A stretch of DNA of 64,000 nucleotides. Origin: Eledone cirrhosa (Eukaryota). Below are positions 26,374 to 37,463 of this stretch, piece by piece (the first letter of the stretch is position 1; each line of letters opens with the position of its first letter). A program made the position numbers and the translations under genes. Where the stretch lies: assembly GCA_964016885.1 (NCBI GenBank), contig OZ024744.1:100626001-100690000 (forward strand). Direction: 5' to 3'. Under the pieces are notes generated by a model. That model was not told where the DNA came from, did no database searches, and worked only from the letters and a program-made list of their open reading frames with translations.

Positions 26374-26675
26374 ATGTACCCTACCCTTAACAGCCAATCT
26401 TTGCTTCATCAACACTGGGTTTTTTTTTGTTTTTTTTAGTATATAGTTTAAAATTTCTCAGATAATAAATCAAACATTGGGCAGACTTTATATAGAGGAT
26501 CATAATTTGCTTCATTCCTACCCCAGGGGCATTGGAAGTATCGGTCAGGTGCAATTTTGGTTTAGTTTCAAATAGCTGGATTAGGCATATAATCATTAGG
26601 ATTGATATAAAAGGGTCACCATACCTTATATCTAGGATCCAGTAATTCCTGTCTTCGAAATTGTTTTATACAAAA

Positions 26676-26979
26676 CTAGCTGCAGTACCCCGTAATACCC
26701 AGGAAAGGTGGGGCTAATCGCAATTGTGGGAGGGAGGGAGGGTTTAACATACAGTAGTAGTATTTCCTCTTCCCCCCTCTCTCACTTTCCTCCTCCATTG
26801 TAAAGATGTCACCAGGGGTTCCATTATTGATTTTTATTGAAATCCAATTAGCCAGCCCTGTTTCTGAATATTAGCTTAAAATATGTGTAAAGTTTCATCG
26901 GGATCAGATCATTGGTGTAGGCGCCAACTATTTATACACAGATGCACAGACAGACAGAAATTGCCATTTATATAGTAGA
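26676..26979 (-). mobile_element. Non-autonomous Helitron (about 300 bp)
   Basis: Minus strand begins A|TCTACTATATAAA, contains (CTGT)n, and ends with a short GC-rich hairpin then CTAG|T. Confidence 0.6.
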
Positions 26980-26984
26980 TGTAT

Positions 26985-27575
26985 TTATGGTAAAAAAATG
27001 CTTGAATTTCTGCAGCATCTGTCGGTTGCCATAATAGATCAGGTGTTTCCTGATGAGAAATAATTTGTTTTGTATCCTGATTTGTCTCTTCTGCCACTGC
27101 TTTGAAGGAAGTATGTGGCAAAAAGGAAAGAATCCAGTGGGTGGTAGTGTATTGTAGACCAGTTTTTTTCCAATGAAATCAGGAATATATATTGTTCTTC
27201 AACCATGCCGCTGTAATATTTCCGATGGCATCCTGGAGATCTTCACCATCAAAATAACCATCATCGTCGGGTAAAAATTCAGATATCTGATTCATATAAA
27301 GACAAATCAGTTATTTTCTCATTTTGTTTTCCTTCATTTTGTAAGTCTTTTTGGATAAAACCTTCAAAGTCGGTATCACGCAAAAAATCTTAACATCTAA
27401 TGTTAAAAACATGTTCTGTTACAAGTTTTACTATATTTACTATTGTATTTTCACGATAAAAGATTTATACCATTTAATCTTGAATCTATGAGATTGTGAT
27501 CACATTACTGTTTATTTTTAGAATAATATCTCAAACCGCAGTATGAGTGGCCGGTTTGAACAGATAGGAATGTGA
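26985..27575 (-). mobile_element. piggyBac-like transposon left part (decayed transposase N-terminus)
   Basis: AWLKN..IYIPDFI..LDSF..VAEETN..WQPTDAAEIQAFF, homologous to 37693-38630; upstream sequence matches the MITE family 1 body. Confidence 0.75.
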
Positions 27576-27619
27576 GGCCACCTGCAAGACTTGGAACTGG
27601 CTCGGACTCAACCAAGTTG

Positions 27620-28135
27620 ACGTCAAATCCTCCCAGAGCATACGGGATGTTGCTGCAGTCTCCATTCGTCCTATTACTACAGTGCTGGCTCCCTTCCACG
27701 CCATGTTGCTCTCACCGAGGTCATAAAGTATGGCTTGGATGCTGAAGGCTTCTCCTCCCACTTTGAGCTGCAGGGCTGGACTAAGGGGAAGGCGGCAAAA
27801 GGCCATGACCATTTTCGTGTTCTGCAGTGGTAAACCCCTCATCTGGGATGCCACATGCAGCCATACGTTCTCTAGTGGCAACCTGGTGCAGTCTGCAACT
27901 CACCCAGGCTCTCCTGCACTTCGGGTTGAGGAAGGTAAACTCTCCAAATACCCGTAGCAGTGGAGCTGTCTGGTGTCCTTGGCCCTAGGGCCACCTCCCT
28001 ACTCACCACCACTACCACCACCATTAGAGCTGCTACCCGCAGGAGTGATCTTGCGAACTGTAATGGCTCTTCCAGCTCATCTCCCTCACCATCCACCAGC
28101 GGGGAAACGCCTTCTCTATTGTCCGCTGGGGCCGC
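27620..28135 (+). mobile_element. CRE-clade RLE remnant
   Basis: GRRQKAMTIFVFCSGKPLIWDATCSHTFSSGNLVQSATHPGS..EEGKLSKY, VELSGVLGP, SGETP/GNA. Confidence 0.7.
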
Positions 28136-28379
28136 AGGACGGCCAGCACGTGGGCCCCCATTTGCTCATAATTATGTGAGGCGGGAAGAGCAGGAGAAAC
28201 AGAAGCAGTGACATTGGGGGTTTGTTTCCTCTGTGTTCGGACCTGGTATACATGTGTGTGTGTCTGATTTATTTTTAACGACTTATTAATATTTATAATT
28301 AAACATTACAAATGGGGAAGGGGTAATAAAGTCAGATCTGACTGTAGGGGAAAGGACTAAAAAAAGCCATAAATGAGAG

Positions 28380-28740
28380 GAAAAGGAAGGGGGGAGCAAA
28401 GACTCTAGGGCCATAGAAGAAAGGGAGGGGAAAAGGGAAAGGATGATGGGCTCTGGGCCTAAGGTGTAGCAGTGTTGGGCCAGTGCTCGGTGGACAAAAC
28501 TGCAAAGGCATTTCCGCAGACAATGGCCTGTGACAGCCACTCCACCTTGTTGGGCTCCTTCCACAGACGGGCTACTAATGTTCTGATCTTGAGGAGGAGC
28601 CCGGCTGTATAGGATCCAAGTACGCCTTAAGCTTTGGTGGTGACAGGTGCGAAGATGAAGTGGCCGAACAATCCTCAGTATTTCTTTGTCTTCCTTTCCT
28701 CTGCATTACAGGCCACAGTACCTGAGTTTCTGGTGAAAGC
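28380..28740 (-). mobile_element. CRE-clade 3' remnant (same family as 11050-11625)
   Basis: Minus-strand KKY*GLFGHFIFAPV..GVLG..KEPNKVEWL..AIVCGNAFAVLS. Confidence 0.65.
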
Positions 28741-28934
28741 GATTAAGTTAGAGGCAGATATTCTCCAAATTATTTGAAAACGATAGTATTAGAAATATGC
28801 TAATGAAAGGGTTAATGTAAGTTGGAATGGAGAATTGAAGTTGTTCTAAGAACCATGACGCCAAACCTGTTAAGATAAATGAATGAATGGATAAATAAAT
28901 AAATAAAACATTAAGAATACACTTCGGATCCACC

Positions 28935-29320
28935 TTAACCCTTTAGCATTTAAACTGGCCATATCCAGCAAGAATTTTCTCACCTCTTTTTGTTCAAGCC
29001 GGCTGTAATCGGCTGCTCATACTGGTGTTAAGGTATTGTTCTCAAAATGAATATCAAAATCTCAGAGATTCGATATTATGTGAGATAAAGCCTTTACCGT
29101 GAAAATATAATAGTATATATATAGATATTGTAAATGCTAATGGGTTAAACCAATCATATTCGGCCAGGATTCTCTCACCCTTTTCTGTTCAAACTGGCTG
29201 TAACTGGCACCTCATACTGATGTTCAGGTATTGTTCTCAAAATAAATATCAAAATCTCATAGATTCTATATTATGTGAGATAAAGCCTTTACCATGAAAA
29301 TATAATAGTAGATATAGAGT
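28935..29320. mobile_element. piggyBac-derived MITE family 1, full copy (28935-29148) plus tandem partial copy
   Basis: TTAAccctttagcattta...taaatgctaatgggTTAA followed by a second internal body. Confidence 0.8.
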
Positions 29321-29829
29321 CAATATGGTAGATTAATATTTTCTTTACCTTTCCATTTAATAGGCATTGTTACTGTTAGTCAACATCATTGTTATCATGT
29401 TTATGTCCGTTTTTTTCCATGCTTGCATGGGTTGGACAGGTCTTTCCTCTACTAGTCTCAATACGTAGCGAGACATCGTTGTCATAGTGATATATATTTT
29501 TATGTTGGTATGAGTTGCAGAGATCTGTTGTTTAATATATCATACCTTTTTTAATCTCCTGTCATCTTGCTGGTGTGGGGCCCAATGTCATTTAGCAATT
29601 TTTGTGAAAGTTTTGTTATATTTTACACAATTTAAGATTAATCCTGTTATGAATGTTGATATTTAGTTATTCCTTTGATACCAACCACCAGAAACTAACC
29701 CTGGTTCAACTATACAAACCTGTTTTAAATTTTTGATATTTATGTAAGAAATTTTTTTTAAAGTTAGACACCAAACACCAGTTTATAATAATGACAAAGT
29801 TTTCCTTTTGTCTTTTTCTTTTTCTCGGG

Positions 29830-30460
29830 AGGGCCATAGGGGTGGAGTCCTTCGATAGACCACCTAGAGAGTCCTATCAGAAGCAACTGTCTTCAATTGA
29901 TCCGGTTGGATCCCCAAGCGAGACAAGCTGACCTCATAGATGTCATCTGACCATCTTGCTTATGGTCTACCACAGGGTTTCCTGCCAGTAAAATCTGTAA
30001 TCTCTGAATTCGGATAAGTAGTGGCTCTACTTGGAGCAACTCTCTGATCTCCATGCTATGTACTCTATCGAGTAAAGTTACTCCAAAGACCTTTAGGAGG
30101 AACTCCATTTCTGCTGCTTGTTTTCGCGATCGTATTCTTTCAGTCATTACCCAAGATTTATGATCATATAGGTAACACTGAACACCAAATTGAAGATAGC
30201 AAGTTTGGCTTTTACACCTACCTCCCTTCTTCAGAAGATTGAGTGCTGAAGCTGGTGCATTACTACACCAGCTTCAGCAATTCTTATACTTAATTCAACC
30301 TCCTGCCTTCCATCACTCGTAACCATGGCCCCAAAGTACTTGAACTTCTCCACCTGCTTGAAGCAGGTACACTGTGCAGGCTTCCTTGAGAGGACAAGTG
30401 CCTTAAGTTTTTGTAGCACTCGGCATCATACTTATCACCTTCTGATGAGCCAAGTAATAC
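29830..30460 (-). mobile_element. Old RTE-like LINE 3' fragment
   Basis: QVEKFKYFG..DGRQEVELSIRIAEA; MTERIRSRKQAAEMEFL..GVTLLDRV. Confidence 0.8.
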
Positions 30461-30792
30461 CTATATATTTGTGTTGTGTGTGTGTATATATATATTGTAG
30501 TATATGATTATTTTAAGGTTTTAGGGATACATACAGTTATTTAGGTAGAATGAGTATGGATTAAGGGTTTAGGTATAGACCTCATAATGGTCATTTATGG
30601 CGCCTGTCGTTAAAACACCTGAAAAATCTTGTAGAAGGCCAACTAAGTGAGATTTTCTTAATGTGTGTGTGTGTGTTTATATATATATATATATACAATA
30701 ATATACTGTATGTTTAAAAACATTTTGAAGACCATTCGCTATGAGTTTTAAAATAGTGACAATGTCACTTACTCGGCAAAAACAAAGGGAAG

Positions 30793-30826
30793 CAACCGAC
30801 AGTTGTTTCTCACTCATTAGTGGTTG
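30793..30826 (-). ncRNA. Minimal type I hammerhead-like motif inside a hairpin (arms 30772-30790 / 30840-30858)
   Basis: Minus strand: CAACCa-CTAATGA-gtga-GAAAC-aact-GTC-GGTTG; one core substitution and a collapsed stem II. Confidence 0.55.
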
Positions 30827-31087
30827 TCAAGGCAGCATATCCCTTCGCTTCTGCCGAGATTTGTAGAAGCTGGATTCTTATAGAATTCCAGTGATTTTTA
30901 AGAGCTGATTAAACAGTGGTTGCTGGTCCAGCAAAAATTAGGAATTAGTATCGGTGCTCTGAAATATCGATGTACGTATGGTATATTTGATAATATACTG
31001 TATGTTTATTTTAAAACATTTTGAAGTATAATACAGTAAATTATCAAATATACTATACACACATCGCTATTTCAGAGCACTAATTCC

Positions 31088-31118
<31 letters not shown>

Positions 31119-31212
31119 GTAGAACACTGAAGGGTAATATCCGTAGTAGTAGAACACTCAGTTCATGGGACGAGTTTGGTAGAAGTAGTAACATAACAAT
31201 TAGTTCACCAGT

Positions 31213-31251
31213 CCGAACTGAAGATCCACAGGGTGAAACATTTGTTCTCGG
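31213..31251 (+). ncRNA. Minimal type I hammerhead motif capping a 37-bp hairpin (31180-31284)
   Basis: CCGAa-CTGAAGA-tCCacagGGt-GAAA-CAttTG-TT-cTCGG; stem I is extended by the inverted arms; (TA)n on both sides. Confidence 0.7.
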
Positions 31252-31279
31252 TATGGTGTACTAACTGTTGTGTTGCTAC

Positions 31280-31334
<55 letters not shown>

Positions 31335-32059
31335 CGTTATTTTTCATGGTAACATAAATGTCCATATGATTTATATTTTTTGACTTTGTATGTATAAATA
31401 AAACCCAGAGCCCAAGGAAAGTAATAGTAGTTTACATCACTAGAAATCAGTGAATAAGATCATATATTAGGGCAGAGATGTGAAGATTGTTTCACAAAGA
31501 GCACCTCTTCAGAGAAAACACACAAAATGTTTTCTCATAGTTCTAATAGCTTTAGAGATGGGGGTGCTGAAGATAAATAAGAAAGTGACTGGTAATGAAG
31601 TGGAGAAAAGGGTAGTAAAAAGTTATACAAAAACTGTAATAAATTGTTAACAAGGTGTGGGTATTGCTGCTTAACCTGTTGACTGCTGCGTATATTTTAC
31701 ACAACTACATTTTCTGTGCCAGGTTTTTTATTTTTTTAATTTATTTTCAGTAAAATAACGATTTTGATTGACAAATGTCACATCAATAAACTAGTAACTC
31801 CATCTAGGTTTGAAGTTATGAACTGTTGGAAATGAGTTCAAACATGTTAGGATGAGTTATCTCGCTGGTGGCACTGACTGAAGAAGTTAAAGGTACAACA
31901 GATAAAAGACAGTACAAACATGTGTGTGTATGTGTGTGTGCATAAGTAAACATAGATTGACATACACAATCATTAATTAAGAAGAGGATGAGGGTTGAAT
32001 AACTTGTGGGTGTAAAAAGGTAAAGATTGTGTGTGTGTAGAGAGAGATCTTGGATGAAG

Positions 32060-32387
32060 TGGGGGAGAAACTGTGTTTAAGAGGAATCTGAAGTGGTGTG
32101 CAGGAGAGAGGACTGCGTTGGTACAAACACGTGATGTGCATGGATGATGATCAATGGGTGAAGAAGTGTCAGGAAATCCCAGTGGAAGAAAGCCGCAGTA
32201 GAGGAAGACAAAGGAAGACCTGGATGGAGGTGGTGAAAGCTAATCTCAAATAACTGAAACTTACAGAAGAGATCACGAAGAAATGCAGTGAGTGGAGTGA
32301 TGCTGTGCTGAGAGAGAGGCTCGTCTAACTCTTGCAAGCATGGAAAAATGGACATAAAAATGGTGGTGATGTTGATGATGATGATGT
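32060..32387 (+). mobile_element. RTE family A-like 3' fragment
   Basis: Decayed RLRWY..DDQWVKKCQE; tail cttgcaagcatggaaaaatggac..(GAT)n. Confidence 0.8.
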
Positions 32388-32781
32388 CAGAAAATACACG
32401 AGTTCTTCTTAAATTTTAGATGGTTTAAGGAACCATAACTACTGCCACATTTTATGCCGTAATTCAGTATTTCAGAAACCTAAATGAAATGTCCAAGTGT
32501 ATCAAATATTGAGTAATTCCGTGTGTTACACACTTCATTGTATTTGCCTTGGTTAATACTATGGAGTGAATACATAAACAATTTGTTGAAACTGATATTA
32601 AAAATTGATAAAACTAATATTTTATTCACGTTTGTGTTTATTTTAAAATTATTTTGTATTTTAGTTATTAAAAAAAAAACATTTTATCATTTATGTTTTG
32701 AAATAGTTTATCATGCATTTAAATTTCATTTCTTTGAACATATAAAACAATATGTTCAAAGAAGGCTAAGACAATGTGAGA

Positions 32782-34030
32782 GTTACCTTCATTTTACATC
32801 CATTCCACATTGTCTTAGCCTTCTTATATTAATGTTTATTAAATACAGGCTGTTATGACAGTTACCTTCATTTTACATACATTCCACATTGTCTTAGCCT
32901 TCTTATATTAATGTTTATTAAATACAGGCTGTTATGACAGTTACCTTCATTTTACATACATTCCACATTGTCTTAGCCTTCTTATATTAATATTTATTAA
33001 ATACAGGCTGTTATGACAGTTACCTTCATTTTACAGTCCATTTCACATTGTCTTAGCCTTCTTATATTAATGTTTATTAAATACAGGCTGTTATGACAGT
33101 TACCTTCATTTTACAGTCTAATTCACATTGTCTTAGTCTTCTTATATTAATATTTATTAAATACAGGCTGTTATGACATTTACCTTCATTTTACAGTCCA
33201 TTTCACATTGTCTTAGTCTTCTTATATTAATGTTTATTAAATACAGGCTGTTATGACAGTTACCTTCATTTTACAGTCCATTTCGCATTGTCTTAGCCTT
33301 CTTATATTAATGTTTATTAGATACAGGCTGTTATGACAGTTACCTTCATTTTACAGTCCATTCCACATTGTCTTAGCCTTCTTATATTAATATTTATTAA
33401 ATACAGGCTGTTGTGACAGTTAGCTTCATTTTACAGTCCATTTCACATTGTCTTAGCCTTCTTATATTAATGTTTATTAAATACAGGCTGTTATGACATT
33501 TACCTTCATTTTACAGTCCATTTCACATTGTCTTAGCCTTCTTATATTAATATTTATTAAATACAGGCTGTTATGACATTTACCTTCATTTTACAGTCCA
33601 TTTCACATTGTCTTAGCCTTCTTAGATTAATGTTTATTAAATACAGGCTGTTATGACAGTTACCTTCATTTTACAGTCCATTTCACATTGTCTTAGCCTT
33701 CTTATATTAATATTTATTAAATACAGGCTGTTATGACAGTTACCTTCATTTTACAGTCCATTTCACATTCCATTTCACATTCTTAGCCTTCTTATATTAT
33801 TATTTATTAAATACAGGCTGTTATGACATTTACCTTCATTTTACAGTCCATTCCATATTGTCTTAGCCTTCTTATATTATTTATTAAATACAGGCTGTTA
33901 TGACATTTACCTTCATTTTACAGTCCATTTCACATTGTCTAAGCCTTTTTATATTAATATTTATTAAATACAGGCTGTTATGACATTTACCTTCATTTTA
34001 CAGTCCATTTCACATTGTCTTAGCCTTCTT
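32782..34030. repeat. 79-bp minisatellite, about 16 units, bracketed by a 31-bp inverted repeat
   Basis: Unit gttaccttcattttacagtccatttcacattgtcttagccttcttatattaatgtttattaaatacaggctgttatgaca; inverted arms 32749-32779 / 34010-34040. Confidence 0.95.
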
Positions 34031-34105
34031 TGAACATATTATTTCCTACATTATATACTATACACAATACTACAACATTCTATTATTTCTTTTAACGTTT
34101 TTCAG

Positions 34106-34264
34106 GTGCATCTACAGGACAAAATCTATTTAATAACAAACCATTTGGAACAAGTAATGCTTTAAACCCAAGTACTAATTCTTTCACTTTTACAAATAGT
34201 GGACCAGTATTTGGAAATCAGCCTAAACCTTTTGGATTTAACATTGGTACTGGCACAGGACCTG
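34106..34264 (+). CDS. NUP98: Nup98-96-like exon C (FG repeats)
   Basis: Acceptor tttttcag|, donor G|gtaaat; GASTGQNLFNNKPFGTSNALNPSTNSFTFTNSGPVFGNQPKPFGFNIGTGTGP; phase 1-1. Confidence 0.85.
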
Positions 34265-34642
34265 GTAAATATTGCTTTTACTTTTTTAATGCCTTGTAGT
34301 GAATTAGTAGAAAATGTCTTTAAAAGAATTTGTTAATTCAAATATTTATAGCACTTTTACTAGTGGACAGATTAGTGTGGAAATTTGTTTTGTGAGTTAA
34401 ACAGGAATTTTTAATTTGAATACAGTCAGTGTTATTTTGTACTTTTCAACAATGTCTTGTTAATGTGGTTTTATGTGGTTTGTTAATTCAAGTATCTTTA
34501 TTTGTTGACATATTTTGTGAAAATTATTTTATTAGAGTAAAATTAGTATTTTTGATGGGATGACTGGAAAAAACAGATGTGTGGTCATTTTTGAACGCTG
34601 TTTGTCAGTTATATAAAAGTATGAATTCAGGTGGTAGCATGG

Positions 34643-34805
34643 ATTTTAGATTGAGTGGTTAGTGTAATTGGAGGTGCTTTTAGATTGACTGGACAGTGTA
34701 ACTGGAGTTGGGTTTAAATGGACTGGCCAGTATAACTGGAGTTGATTTTACATTGACTGATCAGTATAACTGGAGTTGAGTTTGAGTGACCGATGTAACT
34801 GAGTG
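34643..34805. repeat. Short degenerate tandem repeat of about 34 bp (4-5 units)
   Basis: ttttagattgactggacagtgtaactggagttg variants. Confidence 0.6.
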
Positions 34806-34868
34806 CAGGTATTATAATTTTTGAATTAAGTTTTTCTCATTATACATTGTGTGTGGCTATAATTTCAG

Positions 34869-34935
34869 GATTTAGTCCTAACCTTGGTGCAGGATCAGGA
34901 TTTAATCTTGGAGGCAATACATCTACTCTTGGCAG
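34869..34935 (+). CDS. NUP98: Nup98-96-like exon D
   Basis: Acceptor aatttcag|, donor AG|gtaatt; GFSPNLGAGSGFNLGGNTSTLG; phase 1 in, phase 2 out, bridging exons C and E in frame. Confidence 0.8.
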
Positions 34936-35182
34936 GTAATTGTATATTTTAATTTTTTATATTGCATTCATGTCACAGTTAGGAGGATAACGAGTAAAAT
35001 TATGTACTTGGGTAACTGTTCCAACCCATTGTTATCGCAGACACCACCATCTCACTGCCAGGGGTTACATTTTTAAGTTGAGCCAAACTTTTTTTCCTAG
35101 GTTTACCTTGTATATTTAACCCATAAGCACTATTCACCTAGCATTTATCATTGGTTGCAAAAATTCCTATCCCATTTCTAGC

Positions 35183-35398
35183 TTAACCCTTTAGTATTTA
35201 CATTACTCTATATACACTATTGAATTTTCACTGTAAAGGCTTTACCTCATACAATATCAAATCTATAAGATTTTGATGTTAATTATTTAGAGAACAATAC
35301 TTTAATGTAGGTATGAGCAGCCAGTTACAGCTGGTTTGAACAGAAAGAGGTGAGAGTGTTCTGGCTGGATATGGCTGGTTTAAATACTAAAGGGTTAA
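35183..35398. mobile_element. piggyBac-derived MITE family 1
   Basis: TTAAccctttagtattta...taaatactaaagggTTAA with perfect TIRs. Confidence 0.85.
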
Positions 35399-36028
35399 TT
35401 TACTTCTACTCAACTACTGAACCAACATCACTTGATGTTACACAGTCCTTTTCTCTCGTCATACACCCCCAAGGCTGCAAGACTTAGATTTCAACATGCT
35501 TCAGATGTGGAGAGCAAGCTAATAAAACACATCTCGATTGGTCCAACTGAATGTCAACCCTAATGTGCTCCTTCAGATGCTAAACTCTCTTCGAGGGAGT
35601 GGGTGTCTTTGAATCAACTACACACAGATGTTGGCTAATTCAGCTTACCAGTGTAGCTCGCCAGAGCAGCGCTGTTCAACATATACTGCGTTCCCACCTG
35701 AGAATATGGACCTCATATGCTCTAATCCCTCCACTGTGATCTCTCTTACACTTACTTATATTTTCTCTTCTATAAACATAGATTGTCAACCCTGTCATTA
35801 CCATATTTATAATGAAAGACATTGCCTATGGTTTTCATATCATTTTGAAATTAATCTTTCGAAGAGGTTTGGAACATATCTCAACAAAGGTTACATGTGA
35901 AATGAATGCATGCAAGATTTCACAGCTCTAGCATTACTCCTTCATAGTTAGCCTACAAACTTTTTTCAGAGCACCCTCATATGTATTTTATATTCAATGA
36001 TGTTTTGTTTTGTTTTGTTTTGTTTCAG

Positions 36029-36143
36029 TCATACTTTGTCCCTCTCTGGGTCAACATCAGATCAAGGAAATTTACAACAACATCTAAAGCTTTTAACTCA
36101 TAACCCTTATGGCGATTCATCTTTATTCATGAATTTAAATGAT
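36029..36143 (+). CDS. NUP98: Nup98-96-like exon E (end of FG domain)
   Basis: Acceptor (tgttt)n cag|, donor |gtaagt; SHTLSLSGSTSDQGNLQQHLKLLTHNPYGDSSLFMNLND resembles the conserved Nup98 segment QQHINSLTYSPFGDSPLFRN that follows the GLFG region. Confidence 0.88.
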
Positions 36144-36644
36144 GTAAGTAGTTTTTAAATTGGAGAGAAGAAAAAAATGCTTTCTATGAATACTTTTATT
36201 TCACATGATTTGACATACAAATAAGCACAATTCATATATTAAAAGAAAATGGGGGTGAGTAAGAAGACAAACTTAATCACACACCGCAAGAGGCACTGGG
36301 AGTTTCCCTCTAATTGTTTTTGTGGCAAGCCAACACATTTACAGCGTTACCGTGGGTGATGGCGTGACTAAGATGCTGGAATAACTAAGCACCTTCAACA
36401 AGAGTATCACCTGTTATGTTGGTAAAGTGAGCCATCAAATAAGATAAGAACCTCAACTCCCTCCAAATGTCTCAAATGCCACAGGCCGAAAAAAATAAAG
36501 GCAGGTTTTTGCTGATAATTCCTGCAGAACAAAATCAAAATAACCTGGATAGTACACGGAAAGAACAGTACCTCTGATTAAGTTCTGCCTTGGGCTGTGG
36601 TGACCTGTCCATTCCTTGCTGGAAGAGAAAATTGATGTTAAATG

Positions 36645-36690
<46 letters not shown>

Positions 36691-37079
36691 TAAAAGGAAA
36701 AGAAAATGCTGACAAATTGTTCCCAGTGAAAAATAGTTTAATTAGGAATAAGTAAAAATTAGTAATAGTATTGGTTAGCATTCAGTTTTGGTTTTAAGTT
36801 TTACCGGTTGCGCATTTCTAATGCTTTTCAAAAATAATTTTGAGATAGAGCGCCCGTGATGTTTGCTCAAATCTGATTAGTTTTGGAAATTCTACCTGCT
36901 TTATGTAAAAAAAAGTGGCTCCAGATGTATGAAAAAATTGTTGTGGTCAAAACAATTTTGATTGGGCGGTAGAGGTCATGTGAATGTTAAAAATTGATTT
37001 TGCGCCAAAAGTAGGTTTGTCTCGGCTGATTGAGAAGTCAATGTTGACATCACTTGGAAATATATATATATTCAGCGTC

Positions 37080-37295
37080 CTCATCATCATCATTTAACGT
37101 CTATCTTCGATGCTAGCATGGGTTAGACGGGAATTGTCCCATTTGAGGTAAGATTGGACAGGTCACCATGTCTCACTCGCATAGGACTATCTGGCAGGTT
37201 TTCTACGGCTGGATGCCCTTCCTAACACCAACCACATTTACATGACTGGGTGCTTTTTACCATGTTACCTACACAACCACATTACAACGTGGGCT
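37080..37295 (-). mobile_element. RTE/SINE 3' tail fragment
   Basis: (CAT)n..gctagcatgggttagacggg..ggatgcccttcctaacacc. Confidence 0.75.
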
Positions 37296-37360
37296 GCTTT
37301 TTCTTTGTTCCCCCCCCCTCCCTTTTCTTTTTCCCTTCTCTTTTTACTTGTACAGATTAA

Positions 37361-37463
37361 AGTTTAAGTAAAGAATTACTGCTTTCACTCTTTTATGGGT
37401 TCTTCTGAAACTGAGTTACAGAAGATCCCGTAAAAGGGTGAAAGCAGTGATTCTTTGCTTAAC
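37361..37463. ncRNA. Two divergent hammerhead-like motifs forming one palindrome (minus 37361-37412, plus 37413-37463)
   Basis: Plus: CAGAAGA-TCCC gtaaaa GGGT-GAAA-GCA..TGC-TT. Minus: GTTT-CAGAAGA-ACCC ataaaa GAGT-GAAA-GCA..TAC-TT-AAAC. Same family as 10131-10191. Confidence 0.6.

Noticed and set aside
22950-34030. Regular arrays (82-85, 47 and 79 bp) resembling CRISPR arrays
   Set aside because: Head-to-tail repeats with no unique spacers and no cas genes, in a eukaryotic intron.
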